64,000 nucleotides of DNA from an uncultured Candidatus Saccharibacteria bacterium (GCA_964651115.1 CAZYXJ010000001.1:380243-444242); one strand, 5' to 3'; positions 37,969 through 48,091 are shown, numbered from the stretch's first letter. Translations and numbers: made by a program. The notes: generated from the letters alone by a model not told the origin.

Positions 37969-38488
37969 TGGTGGTTACATTTTTAACATCCTCATTTTCC
38001 TCAAGCTCATCAAGCAAGTTGGCTAATTGTTGGGTCTCGGCTTCGCCAATCTCCAGCGGCGTTTTGGCGCTCCAACCGGTGAGCGTTTTGGTAAAAGCCC
38101 AAGTGACTGAGCCGGGAGTGGCTAAGCTTGAGCCATAAAGGGAGAGGAGGTGTTTTAGTTCTTGAGAGGTCCGATTTTTATTATCGGTGATCCCTTCGAT
38201 GATCAACGCCGCCCCACCTGGGCCGTAAGCTTCGTACATGACTTCTGCCAGATCGGCGGCACCGGCTCCCGTCGCGGCGGCGATCGCTCGTTCGATGTTG
38301 TCGTTTGGCATATTAACGGCTCGGGCGCGTTCGATGGCGGCGCGAACGCCGGGGTGATTCCGATCGCCGCCGGCCCGCTTGATTTCTACGTTAATTGCTT
38401 TAGCGTGCATGCCAAAAACTTTGCTGCGTTTTTGGTCTTCGACCCCCTTTTTTCTCTTGATTTGTGACCATTTACTATGACCAGACAT
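37952..38488 (-). CDS. yebC: YebC/PmpR family protein (short form)
   Basis: MSGHSKWSQIKRKK, NMPNDNIERAI, YEAYGPGG, TDNKNRT. Confidence 0.9.
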   Translation of the reverse strand: MSGHSKWSQIKRKKGVEDQKRSKVFGMHAKAINVEIKRAGGDRNHPGVRAAIERARAVNMPNDNIERAIAAATGAGAADLAEVMYEAYGPGGAALIIEGITDNKNRTSQELKHLLSLYGSSLATPGSVTWAFTKTLTGWSAKTPLEIGEAETQQLANLLDELEENEDVKNVTTNVPGL

Positions 38489-38609
38489 AGCGGCATTTTA
38501 GCATATTTGGTGAGGCCTAACCCTTGACAAGATTTTAATTAAATGCTAGTTTCCGCAGTGAAGAACTCGGGTGAGTTCGAGATCTTTTAAAGAAGGAAGG
38601 AGGCGCGTA

Positions 38610-39233
38610 ATGCGCCAGGCGATGTGGAAGATGATCGTGGCGGCGGTGGCGGTGATGGCGGCGTCGGTGTCGGCGAATTCGATCGTGGGGGTGAGCTACC
38701 CTCGCGATCAGTTCGAAGTGGGGGTCTCCCACGGCTACGGCCATGAGGAGCTGGCCGTAGCGTCGGTCAATCTGTCGACTAACTCCCGGCAGATCGAGGA
38801 GGCCCGAGTCCAGGCCCGGCCCATTTTCTGGGACGACCAGCCCGGACTCATGATCGTGATGACCTTCTACGGCCGTCACGATCAAGACCCGACAAAGGCC
38901 AAGAAGTGGTTAAGCTCGGTCCAGGCATTTCCTGGGGTCGAGCTCGGCTCCTCGATTGGAGGATGGGATGATCAGGGGAAGGTCGTCGATCAGGCGTTCG
39001 CCTGGGCGGAGATCGAAGGCCTGAGTTGGTCTAACACCTGGATCAATTATGAGACCTTCCCTTACGGGAAGGGGAGCCTCAACCAGCCGCGGGGTTTCCA
39101 GTGGACCTTCGGGTTCACTGGTTACTTTGATGATCCGGTTAAGGGGCGAGCGACGCTCGCGGCCTTGCCGGAGCCATCTGCACTCGTCCTTCTGGGCATC
39201 GGCGCCCTTCCGTTTTTGCTGCGCCGGCGCTAG
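38610..39233 (+). CDS. PEP-CTERM-type sorting-signal protein
   Basis: Signal peptide; C-terminus LPEPSALVLLGIGALPFLLRRR; TTGACA-17-TAGTTT promoter; AAGGAGG RBS; terminator at 39268-39310. Confidence 0.8.
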   Translation: MRQAMWKMIVAAVAVMAASVSANSIVGVSYPRDQFEVGVSHGYGHEELAVASVNLSTNSRQIEEARVQARPIFWDDQPGLMIVMTFYGRHDQDPTKAKKWLSSVQAFPGVELGSSIGGWDDQGKVVDQAFAWAEIEGLSWSNTWINYETFPYGKGSLNQPRGFQWTFGFTGYFDDPVKGRATLAALPEPSALVLLGIGALPFLLRRR

Positions 39234-39420
39234 GATTGAGTGAGTTGAGTCGTGCGCTGGCGACTCCCCCGGGCGAGCACCTTACGGTGCCGCTCGGGGT
39301 TTTTCTTTTTTAAAAATCAGACTTATACACAACCGGACAGAGCCGTATATGCTAGAGTAGTAAAAGAAGAGTTCGGTGTTCGAACTCGCTCAGTCCTTTT
39401 TTAGTAAGAGAGGAGGATTT

Positions 39421-40023
39421 ATGCGCGGAATTTTGGTTGGTTGGTGTTTGCTCGGCCTCGTTGATTTTGTTTCGGCGACCACTATTAGGATGGCGTCTGG
39501 CTATGCTCCGGATCGGGCCTGGGCCTCGCTTACTGGTACTATCGCGGTGGAGACGGCGAATCATAGCTTTGTCTTTTGGGAGACGCCAGCCGGCGCAAGG
39601 TGGAATCTGACCCTCTCTGGCGTGGGGCGGATGGACGCTGGCGGGCTCGCTGGTCCGCCGCTGATGGGACAGTATCAAATTCCGGGACACGACTTTCTAT
39701 TAACGTGGGAAATGCTAGTTCCTGGCAGTTGGTATGCCACCGCCAGTCTCCAGGGCGGCGTCGTGGAGAGCGCGACTCCGGTTTTGGAGGCGCTGGGAGA
39801 GGATCGCTGGCGAGCGGGTTTATTTATTACTGGCTTAGCCGCGCCGGAGCCCGGGGCGCTGGTAGTTTTTTTGATTAGCGCCGCGCTAGTAAACACCCGC
39901 CGGAGGGGGCGGGTGTTTTTGTTGGGGCTAAAGCAACTTAGCTTGATCTGTCTCGGGGTAATCGTAACCCAAGTGGAGGTAGGCCTTTTTGGTGACAACG
40001 CGACCGCGCGGTGTTCGCTCTAA
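39421..40023 (+). CDS. Second PEP-CTERM-like protein, apparently read through into the ruvB 3' end
   Basis: AGGAGG RBS; signal peptide; APEPGALVVFLISAALVNTRRR followed by ~40 extra codons overlapping ruvB. Confidence 0.55.
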   Translation: MRGILVGWCLLGLVDFVSATTIRMASGYAPDRAWASLTGTIAVETANHSFVFWETPAGARWNLTLSGVGRMDAGGLAGPPLMGQYQIPGHDFLLTWEMLVPGSWYATASLQGGVVESATPVLEALGEDRWRAGLFITGLAAPEPGALVVFLISAALVNTRRRGRVFLLGLKQLSLICLGVIVTQVEVGLFGDNATARCSL

Positions 40024-40938
40024 GAAACCGAGCTGGATGAGGTAGGGCTCATGAACTTCTTCAATCGCGGCGTCTTCTTCGGAGGTAGCGGTAGCGATTG
40101 TTGAAACGCCCACGGGGCCGCCGTTAAATTTTTCAATAATGGTTTCTAAGATTTTTCGATCGGTCGTGGTTAAACCGTATTCATCGATGCCCATTAGGTT
40201 AAGAGTATCTTGAACTACTTTTTTGTTTATCGTTTGTTTGTTGAGCTGGGCGAAGTCGCGACAGCGTTTTAAAAATTGATTAGCGATCCGGGGAGTAGAG
40301 CGACTCCGTTCGGCGATGATTTGAGCCGCTTCAGATTCCAGAGTGATATCTAAGATGGCCGCCGAGCGCGAGACAATCGTGGCAATTTCTTGGGGGGTAT
40401 AAAATTCGAGACGGAAAGTTCCGCCGGAGAAGCGCGAGCGCAGGGGGGAAGAGAGGAGGGCAATGCGCGTAGTGGCCGCCACGAGCGTAAAGGGCGGCAG
40501 GTCCAGTTGAATAGAGCGTGCTCCCGGTCCTTTGCCAATAATGATGTTGAGATTACCCGACTCCATCGCGGGGTAGAGGACTTCTTCGATCAGCTTGTTG
40601 AGGCGGTGGATCTCGTCAATAAAGAGAATGTCGCCGGCCGATAGATTGGTGAGGATTGAGGCTAGGTCACCGACCTTTTCGATGGCTGGTCCTGACGTAA
40701 CCTTCATTTGAGCGCCCATTTCCTTGGCGATTAGGTGGGCGAGAGTGGTTTTGCCGAGCCCCGGTGGGCCATAAAACAGGAGGTGTTCTGGCGGGTGCTT
40801 GCGCTCGGCGGCCGCTTTCAGTAGAATCTTCAGGTTGTCTTTTATTGATGATTGACCCACATAATCATCCCACGAGTCTGGTCGCAGGGCGCTATCGTTA
40901 AAACGTTCTGATTTGTCGGAGGGGGTTATGCTTGACAT
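39928..40938 (-). CDS. ruvB: Holliday junction branch migration helicase RuvB
   Basis: LRP..WDDYVGQ, GPPGLGKTTLA, FIDEIHRL, LYPAME, EPYLIQLG, RTPRGR. Confidence 0.96.
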   Translation of the reverse strand: MSSITPSDKSERFNDSALRPDSWDDYVGQSSIKDNLKILLKAAAERKHPPEHLLFYGPPGLGKTTLAHLIAKEMGAQMKVTSGPAIEKVGDLASILTNLSAGDILFIDEIHRLNKLIEEVLYPAMESGNLNIIIGKGPGARSIQLDLPPFTLVAATTRIALLSSPLRSRFSGGTFRLEFYTPQEIATIVSRSAAILDITLESEAAQIIAERSRSTPRIANQFLKRCRDFAQLNKQTINKKVVQDTLNLMGIDEYGLTTTDRKILETIIEKFNGGPVGVSTIATATSEEDAAIEEVHEPYLIQLGFLERTPRGRVVTKKAYLHLGYDYPETDQAKLL

Positions 40939-40966
40939 ACTAAAATTGGTATGCTATATTGGCGCT

Positions 40967-41168
40967 GTTCAATCACAAGTCTTGGTATTTTCGAATCGAG
41001 GCCATAAACCTCTAAGCAATAAGCTTCCACGCTTAAACGGGTTTTTACAAAAGGACGGGTTGGTGTTCGTTTTTAACGAAAGGGCTGGCCCCATCCTTGC
41101 GTAATTACCTCACTTTTTGTATTCAGTACAGAAAGGATTGCTTAGAGGTTTATGCTCTCGATTTTTTT
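40967..41168 (+). ncRNA. 6S RNA-like ncRNA candidate
   Basis: TTGACA-17-TATATT promoter (40932-40960); ~27-bp closing stem 40994-41020/41137-41163; central bubble; apical stem; T-tract. Confidence 0.6.
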
Positions 41169-41188
41169 GTTCAAGTGCTGTCGACAGT

Positions 41189-42883
41189 CTAGATGATCTC
41201 TTCGTTCAAATCAATCACGCGCGCTAGTTCATCAAGCGAGGTGACTCCCGTCAATACCTTAATCACCCCATCCTCGCGCATTTCGAGGATTTTTTGGGCC
41301 TTAGCCGCAATTCTAATGTCGCGCTCGTTAGGATTTTTTACAATCGTGTCGGCCATCGGAGAATCGATGAGGATGGCTTCAAAAATTCCTTGCCGGCCGC
41401 GGTAGCCGGTATGATTGCAGGCGGCACAGCCAGTGGCTTGCCAGGTCTGGTAGGGTGCTTCGGGCAGTGAAATTTCTGGTCGTTTGATTTTGATATTTTG
41501 GCAAACCGCGCTCAACAGCTCCGTTTGTTCGGGGGTGGGGTTGAGGGGCTGGCGGCAATCAGGGCACAGCTGGCGCACCAGCCGCTGGGCGATGGATAGG
41601 TTCAGCGCGGCTTCAATAATTTTGGGGTTAATTCCGAGATCGATCAGTCGAGGGATGGTCCCAGCCGCGTTATTGGTGTGGAGAGTAGAGAAGACGAGGT
41701 GGCCCGTGAGCGAGGCATTGATCGCGATTTTGGCTGTTTCGGCATCGCGAATTTCTCCGACCATGATGATGTCGGGATCTTGCCGCAGGGCACTGCGCAA
41801 GCCGGAAAGGAAGGTGTAATTTTTTTTCGGATCAACCTGGGTCTGGTTAATTCCCTTGAGGTGATATTCGATCGGGTCTTCGATGGTGATGATTTTCGTT
41901 TCGGGACTATTGACCGTGCGGAGAAAGGAGTAGAGCGTCGTGGTTTTTCCTGAGCCGGTGGGGCCAGTCAGCAAAACGAGGCCATTGGGTTTGGAAATTT
42001 CTTTTTGGATAATATTAAAGAGCGCTGGTTCGATGCCTAAGGTTTCAAAGGTCACGGCGATGGCTTTGGGGTTGAGAATTCTGAGGACGATGGATTCGCC
42101 GTAAGCTCCGGGCAGGATGGCGGTGCGGATTTCGATTTCTTCGTCTTTAATTTTGATGGAGAAGCGGCCGTCCTGAGCACTTCGTTGGACGTTGAGTTTG
42201 AGGCCGGAAACTAGTTTAACTCGCGAGAGGAGATGGCGATAAAGTTTGTGATCAAAATAGGTAATATCTTGCAAGACGCCGTCGAGTCGGTAACGTAAGC
42301 GCACTTTTTCGTCTTGAGGTTCAATGTGGATGTCGGAGGCGAGGGTGGCCAAGCTGCCCGCGAGAATAATTTCGAGCAAAGCCGAGATGCCGCCCGCGGC
42401 TAATTCGGTTACGCCTTCGCTTTGGAGAATTTGTTTAACGTCATCAATCGTCTTTATTTGATTAACGGCGCTTTCGATGCTGTCGGGAGTGATGTCGATG
42501 ACCCCGGCGTGCGTAATGCTCGATTTAGAAATTTCTTGGTAGCGTTCCCAGGCTCGCTTTAAGCTCGCCGGCGAGCCGATGTATGATTCGAGATTGTAAT
42601 TTTTATTCCGTAAATCTTCTAGAATCCCAGCTACGCGAGGATTCCCCGGCGCGCCCAAGACTAGGTAGAGATTTTTTCCAACTAATTTAAAGGCAGCCAG
42701 ATCGGCGGCGCGGGCCTCCTCTTCGGGGATGAGTCTTAGGGCATCGGTATTAATCGAAAATTTAGAGAGATCGATATAGGGGAGATTGTATTTTTGCGAT
42801 AGAACCTGAGCTAACTCCTCGGCTTCTTGGCTGTAGAGTTCGCTAAGTTTTTTGGCTCCCGTGGCATCATCAAAGCGCAACAT
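41189..42883 (-). CDS. pilB: Type IV pilus assembly ATPase PilB / GspE family
   Basis: ASDIHIEP, QDGRF, TGPTGSGKTTTLY, TIEDPIEY, LRQDPDIIMVGEIRD, STLHTN, tetracysteine motif. Confidence 0.9.
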   Translation of the reverse strand: MLRFDDATGAKKLSELYSQEAEELAQVLSQKYNLPYIDLSKFSINTDALRLIPEEEARAADLAAFKLVGKNLYLVLGAPGNPRVAGILEDLRNKNYNLESYIGSPASLKRAWERYQEISKSSITHAGVIDITPDSIESAVNQIKTIDDVKQILQSEGVTELAAGGISALLEIILAGSLATLASDIHIEPQDEKVRLRYRLDGVLQDITYFDHKLYRHLLSRVKLVSGLKLNVQRSAQDGRFSIKIKDEEIEIRTAILPGAYGESIVLRILNPKAIAVTFETLGIEPALFNIIQKEISKPNGLVLLTGPTGSGKTTTLYSFLRTVNSPETKIITIEDPIEYHLKGINQTQVDPKKNYTFLSGLRSALRQDPDIIMVGEIRDAETAKIAINASLTGHLVFSTLHTNNAAGTIPRLIDLGINPKIIEAALNLSIAQRLVRQLCPDCRQPLNPTPEQTELLSAVCQNIKIKRPEISLPEAPYQTWQATGCAACNHTGYRGRQGIFEAILIDSPMADTIVKNPNERDIRIAAKAQKILEMREDGVIKVLTGVTSLDELARVIDLNEEII

Positions 42884-42961
42884 TGTGCTTTAAGTGTAAC
42901 ATGGGCCCGAAGTAGCGTCACAGCTAGTCCCGGCTTTCGGAGGGTGTTACAATCCGAAGGT

Positions 42962-43399
42962 ATGGAGCGTTATCTGATTAAGGGGGTCAACGACATGCAA
43001 AGGTTCGCGGCTGACCTGGCGCGGCGGCTTAAGCCTCAAGCTTCGGGCGCGACGGTTTTGGGATTGGTCGGCGATCTAGGTTCGGGCAAAACAACTTTTA
43101 CTCAAGGCGTGGCCGAGGCTTTGGGGGTTAGGGGGGCGGTGACGAGTCCGACTTTTGTCATCGAGAAAGTTTATGATTTGGAAGGTGGGCCCTGGGGTCG
43201 ACTCATCCACATTGATACTTATCGTTTGGAGCGAGCTGATGAGTTGTTGGCGTTGGGTTGGGAACGAATCATTAAACCCCCAGAGAATTTGGTTTTAGTT
43301 GAATGGGCCGATCGCGTCGACGAACTTTTGCCGGCTTCGGCTCGGAAGTTATATTTTAAATTTATCGATGAAGAAACCAGAGAAATTAGTCTTACTTGA
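42962..43399 (+). CDS. tsaE: tRNA threonylcarbamoyladenosine biosynthesis ATPase TsaE
   Basis: GDLGSGKTTF, VTSPTF, HIDTYRL, VEWA. Confidence 0.92.
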   Translation: MERYLIKGVNDMQRFAADLARRLKPQASGATVLGLVGDLGSGKTTFTQGVAEALGVRGAVTSPTFVIEKVYDLEGGPWGRLIHIDTYRLERADELLALGWERIIKPPENLVLVEWADRVDELLPASARKLYFKFIDEETREISLT

Positions 43400-45704
43400 T
43401 GTCCACGCGATTTTGCATCGCGCCTATCACGCTTTGCCGGATTTTTCTTCGAGCAAGGGCGAGTCGACTGGCGGCTTGTACGGATTGGTTTCGATGTTGC
43501 TTAGGATCGTGAGCGAGATCAAGCCGGATTACGTGGTGGCTTGCTATGATTTGCCCGAGCCAACATTTCGCAAGCAATTATATGATGAGTACAAAGCGGG
43601 CAGGCCTAAAGCCGACGAATCTTTGGTGTCGCAAATTATTCGCTCGCGTGATGTTTTTGCCGCTTTTAATATTCCGATTTACGATACGCCAGGCTTTGAA
43701 GCCGACGATATTATCGGCACCATCGTTGAGCAATTAAAAGAGCGCGAAGATCTTCAGGTGATTATCGCTTCTGGTGATATGGATACCTTGCAGTTGGTTC
43801 GCGGTGATCAGGTGGTCGTCTTTACGCTTAAAAAGGGTATCAATGACACGATTGTCTACAACGAGTCAGCGGTGGTTAGCCGCTTTGGGTTTGGACCAGA
43901 GCGGTTGCCGGATTATAAAGGCTTGCGGGGCGATCCGTCCGATAACATTATTGGGATCGCGGGGATTGGCGAAAAAACGGCGACGGAATTGATCACGCAA
44001 TTTGGTTCGCTGGAGCAGATTTACGAACAATTAAAGAGCGATGAGTCAGCTTTTAAGCGTGCTGGGATTAAGGACCGGGTGATTGGCTTGTTGCGGGAAG
44101 GCGAAGAAGAGGCCTTCTTTTCCAAAACCTTGGCGACGATTAGGCGAGATGCGCCGATTAAGTTTGTTTTGCCGGGGTCATTTCGCCAAGGCGTGACGGT
44201 GGCGCAAGTTGAGGCGTTGTTTGCCGAGTTTGAGTTTCGGACTTTGGGCCAACGTTTGCGAGCGGCGTTGGCTGATCGGGGAGTGATGGAGGTTTCGGCG
44301 CCGCCGCCGCTAGCGGCGGCGGCGCTTTCTGCTGAGCTGGCGATCGCGGTTTGGCTCTTGGACTCTAACCTAACTACTCCGACGGCCGAAGACGCCTGTC
44401 GCCTGGCGGGTGTCGAAAATTTGGCGGCCGCGGAATCAAAAATTATGGCGGAAATCAAGGAGCAGGGTTTAGAAGTGGTCTATCGGGAGATCGAATTGCC
44501 TTTAATACCAATTATCGCCGCCGCGGAACGGCGCGGGATTGTGGTGGACGTGGCCTATCTGGCCAATCTTTCGCAGGAATATCACCGATTGTTAGATTTG
44601 GAAGCGTCGAAGATTTATCTCCAAGCTGGTCGAGAGTTTAATCTTAATTCCCCCAAGCAGGTGGGCGAAGTTTTGTTTGATCATTTAGGTTTGTCGACCA
44701 AGGGTTTAAAAAAGACGGCGGGCGGCGCTCGTTCGACTCGCGAATCAGAGTTGGCAAAATTGGCTGACGAGCACGCCATCGTTAAAAATATTTTAGAGTA
44801 TCGGGAGTTAGCAAAATTGGTTTCGACTTACGTCGATAGCATTCCGACTTTGGTTGATCGTGAGGGGCGATTGCATACTCATCTCCATCAAACCGGAACG
44901 ACGACTGGGCGGATGTCTAGCTCTGAGCCAAATTTGCAAAATATTCCGGCTGGTGGCGAGAGGGGGCGGGCGATTCGGCGCGCTTTTAAACCTAGTGACG
45001 GTTTCGTGTGGGCGGGTTTTGATTACTCGCAAATTGAGATGAGGGTGTTGGCGCTACTTTCGCGCGATCCTGAGCTCGAAAGGATTTTTAAGGCCGGTGA
45101 AGATATCCATACTGGCGTGGCGGCCAGAGTTTTTAAGGTCGAGGCGGAGGCGGTAACTAAAGATATGAGACGCCAAGCTAAGGTGATTAATTTTGGAATT
45201 ATTTATGGCATGGGAGTTAATGCTTTGCGCGTTAATTTGGGCTCGACTCGTGACGAGGCGCAAGCTTTTTATAATAATTATTTTGAGACTTTTCCGACGA
45301 TCAAAAATTATTTTGAACAAGTTAAGGCCGAAGCTCTCGATCGAGGTTATACTGAGACTTATTTTGGTCGGCGCCGTCACTTCCCGGGTTTAAAGTCACG
45401 GCTACCACAAGTTCGGGCGATGAATGAGCGCATGGCGATGAACGCGCCGCTCCAAGGTACGGCGGCTGATATTGTAAAAAAGGCGATGATTGCCGTTGAG
45501 CAAGAGATTGTGGGGCAGGGTCTGGCGTCCGAAGCCTTTCTGCTTTTGCAAGTTCATGATGAATTAATTTTTGAGCTAAAGTCCGAGTCGGTCGAGCGCC
45601 TCGTACCTCTAATTCGAGGCGCGATGGAGGGGGTAATGGGGAAAACGGGTTTGCCCTTTCCCGTCTCTTTGGCCTTGGGACCTAACTGGGCCGACGCTAA
45701 ATAG
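43368..45704 (+). CDS. polA: DNA polymerase I (5'-3' exonuclease plus polymerase; proofreading domain reduced)
   Basis: EADDIIGT, GDPSDNI, TGRMSSSEPNLQNIP, DYSQIEMR, INFGIIYG, QVHDEL. Confidence 0.95.
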   Translation: MKKPEKLVLLDVHAILHRAYHALPDFSSSKGESTGGLYGLVSMLLRIVSEIKPDYVVACYDLPEPTFRKQLYDEYKAGRPKADESLVSQIIRSRDVFAAFNIPIYDTPGFEADDIIGTIVEQLKEREDLQVIIASGDMDTLQLVRGDQVVVFTLKKGINDTIVYNESAVVSRFGFGPERLPDYKGLRGDPSDNIIGIAGIGEKTATELITQFGSLEQIYEQLKSDESAFKRAGIKDRVIGLLREGEEEAFFSKTLATIRRDAPIKFVLPGSFRQGVTVAQVEALFAEFEFRTLGQRLRAALADRGVMEVSAPPPLAAAALSAELAIAVWLLDSNLTTPTAEDACRLAGVENLAAAESKIMAEIKEQGLEVVYREIELPLIPIIAAAERRGIVVDVAYLANLSQEYHRLLDLEASKIYLQAGREFNLNSPKQVGEVLFDHLGLSTKGLKKTAGGARSTRESELAKLADEHAIVKNILEYRELAKLVSTYVDSIPTLVDREGRLHTHLHQTGTTTGRMSSSEPNLQNIPAGGERGRAIRRAFKPSDGFVWAGFDYSQIEMRVLALLSRDPELERIFKAGEDIHTGVAARVFKVEAEAVTKDMRRQAKVINFGIIYGMGVNALRVNLGSTRDEAQAFYNNYFETFPTIKNYFEQVKAEALDRGYTETYFGRRRHFPGLKSRLPQVRAMNERMAMNAPLQGTAADIVKKAMIAVEQEIVGQGLASEAFLLLQVHDELIFELKSESVERLVPLIRGAMEGVMGKTGLPFPVSLALGPNWADAK

Positions 45705-45727
45705 CTTCGTGCTACAATAACGGCATT

Positions 45728-46240
45728 ATGCGGTTGGGCTTTTTTTCCAAACCAGAAGTTTTGTTGCCAGTGCCTTTTTTCAAGCAAGATCGTAGTTTTA
45801 CCTGTGGACCTACCGCCGTCCAAATGGCCTGCGCTTTTTGGGGCGCTCGGTTAAGCGAGTCTAAGCTGGTTAAACTGGCCCATTCTAGCCCTTTCGGTAC
45901 TTCTCATGGTGGTTTATTGCAAAGCGTTCTCGATGCCGGTCTCTATTGCTATCTTAATGCCGACACTTCGATCGAAGAAATTAAGTATTTGTTGCGAAGC
46001 GGTTGGCCAGTGATTGTTAATTACACCGAGCCATCAACCAACGACGGCCACTATGCTGTGGCGGTTGGTTTTTCTGAGCGATCAATTATTCTTAACGATC
46101 CATGGAATGGCCCAAATTTTAAATTACCTTGGCCGGAATTTGAGCGGCGTTGGTATGATCATGGGCTTCACCGATCGAGTCACTGGCTTTTGGCGGTGGC
46201 TGATCAGCCGTTTACCCTCGGACGAACTTACGCGCCATGA
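45728..46240 (+). CDS. C39-like cysteine peptidase
   Basis: Q...TCGPTA catalytic Cys; GHYAV; LNDPW. Confidence 0.8.
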   Translation: MRLGFFSKPEVLLPVPFFKQDRSFTCGPTAVQMACAFWGARLSESKLVKLAHSSPFGTSHGGLLQSVLDAGLYCYLNADTSIEEIKYLLRSGWPVIVNYTEPSTNDGHYAVAVGFSERSIILNDPWNGPNFKLPWPEFERRWYDHGLHRSSHWLLAVADQPFTLGRTYAP

Positions 46241-47013
46241 GCGAATATTATAAAGCAAATCGGGGAGCGGATTGGAATTATGGCGGCCAGAATTGGAAGC
46301 TTAGTCGTTCCAAGATTGATTTGTTTTTAGAGTGCCCGCGGTGTTTTTATTTAGATAATAAACTTGGCGTCAAGCGAGTTCCCGGTTTCCCTTTTTCTTT
46401 AAACAGCGCGGTTGACCATTTGCTTAAGCAAGAATTTGATTTCTATCGGGCTAAAGGTGAGCCGCACCCGCTTCAGGTTGAGGCTAAGGTTAGGGCCCGA
46501 CCAGTCGCTCATCCGGAGCTTGATGAGTGGCGGCGAAATTTTGGCGGCGTAAAACATTTGCATCAAAAAACCGGACTTCTGGTTTGCGGGGCGATCGATG
46601 ATCTGTGGCTCAGCGACCAGGGTGATTATCTGGTGGTTGACTACAAGGCTACCGCCAAAGAGGAGGCGGTTAAAGAGCTCGATAAAGAGTGGCAGATTGG
46701 TTACAAAAGACAGATGGAAGTTTATCAGTGGTTATTGCGGCAGAACGGCTTAAAAGTTTCTGACACCGGTTATTTTGTTTATTGCACTGGCAAGCTGGAC
46801 CGAAAGGCTTTCGATAAAAAAATCGAATTTGACGTTAACTTGATCGCTTACACGGGCAATGACTCGTGGGTCGGGCCGGCGCTCGAAGAGATCAAAGCTT
46901 GCTTGGAAAACCCAAAATTACCAAACTCAGGTTCCGACTGCGATCACTGTAAGTATTGGACTGCCCGTCAACAACTTGAACCGGTTGAGAGTGGGCAAAT
47001 GAGGATGCTATAA
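46237..47013 (+). CDS. PD-(D/E)XK nuclease family protein (RecB/Cas4-like)
   Basis: LSRSKI..FLECPRCF, GAIDD, VVDYK, QMEVY, CDHC. Confidence 0.8.
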   Translation: MSEYYKANRGADWNYGGQNWKLSRSKIDLFLECPRCFYLDNKLGVKRVPGFPFSLNSAVDHLLKQEFDFYRAKGEPHPLQVEAKVRARPVAHPELDEWRRNFGGVKHLHQKTGLLVCGAIDDLWLSDQGDYLVVDYKATAKEEAVKELDKEWQIGYKRQMEVYQWLLRQNGLKVSDTGYFVYCTGKLDRKAFDKKIEFDVNLIAYTGNDSWVGPALEEIKACLENPKLPNSGSDCDHCKYWTARQQLEPVESGQMRML

Positions 47014-47021
47014 TTTAACTT

Positions 47022-47507
47022 ATGATCGAACTAATCCCTAGTCTTTCTAATGAGATCGTGATGCGATTGATTTTGGCAGTAATTTTGGGGGCGTTATTGG
47101 GTCTGGAGCGGACGCTGGCCGGTAAGACCGCGGGGATGAGGACTTACACCTTAGTTACTTTGGGCTCGGCTATTTTTATTATCGTATCTCAATTAATTAC
47201 TGATCATTATTTCACGTTGGGCGTAAGAGCGTTTGATCCCCTGCGCGTGGCTTCGCAACTGGTGGTGGGGATTGGCTTTTTGGGTGCCGGCTTGATCATC
47301 TTTCAAGATCAAAAATTGCGCGGCCTCACGACGGCCGCTGGGTTGTGGGTGGCCTGTGCTTTAGGCATGGCGATCGGCTTTGGACTCTATTTGTTGGCGA
47401 TCGCCGCGACAATCTTAACTCTGTTCATTTTTACCATTCTCCTTAAAGTGGAACAATTTCTGGAACGAAAGATTCGGCCGCAATGGGACGAAGCTCACAA
47501 AAAATAA
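47022..47507 (+). CDS. MgtC/SapB family membrane protein
   Basis: GLER...AGMRTY, DPLRVASQLVVGIGFLGAG, GLTTAAGLW. Confidence 0.9.
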   Translation: MIELIPSLSNEIVMRLILAVILGALLGLERTLAGKTAGMRTYTLVTLGSAIFIIVSQLITDHYFTLGVRAFDPLRVASQLVVGIGFLGAGLIIFQDQKLRGLTTAAGLWVACALGMAIGFGLYLLAIAATILTLFIFTILLKVEQFLERKIRPQWDEAHKK

Positions 47508-48091
47508 CTGATCTGCGAGATCTGCGCGAGGCCGTGTTGGCCTTACCAAGTTCGGAGTTGGTTAACTTTCGTCGAGAAAATAGTTATCAGCCGGTCATTG
47601 GCGAGGGCGATCCGGACGCCCGGTTAATTTTAATTGGCGAGGCTCCCGGCAAGAACGAAGCCCTTTCGGGTCGGCCTTTTTGCGGCGCGTCGGGGAAGAT
47701 TCTCGATCAGATTTTGGCCGAGGTTGGTTTAGCGCGCTCGGCGATCTATATTACTAGTATTGTTAAGGATCGACCGCCGGCTAATCGTGACCCACGGCCA
47801 GAGGAGATCGCCACTTACGCGCCCTTTTTGGACCAACAGCTACTGATTATCCAGCCCACGGTTATTGGCACTTTAGGTCGATTTTCGATGCAGTATATTT
47901 TGTCTCGTCTGGGTTTAGCTGAGCAGATAGGCCCGATCAGCTCTCTCCATGGTCGAGTTTTTGAGTCCGAACTCCCTTATGGAGCCGTTAAAGTGATGCC
48001 TCTGTACCATCCGGCGGCGACGATTTATAATCAAGGCCTGCGAGGCGCTCTGCTCGAAGATTTCAAAAAACTTAAGCGATTAGTTGATTAA
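47483..48091 (+). CDS. Uracil-DNA glycosylase, family 4-like
   Basis: IGEAPG..E...GRPFCGASG, VKDRPPANRDP, YHPAA. Confidence 0.88.
   Translation: MGRSSQKITDLRDLREAVLALPSSELVNFRRENSYQPVIGEGDPDARLILIGEAPGKNEALSGRPFCGASGKILDQILAEVGLARSAIYITSIVKDRPPANRDPRPEEIATYAPFLDQQLLIIQPTVIGTLGRFSMQYILSRLGLAEQIGPISSLHGRVFESELPYGAVKVMPLYHPAATIYNQGLRGALLEDFKKLKRLVD

Noticed and set aside
46237-47013. Cas4-like nuclease as a sign of CRISPR-Cas
   Set aside because: No repeat-spacer array or other cas genes in the window; solo PD-(D/E)XK nucleases are common.
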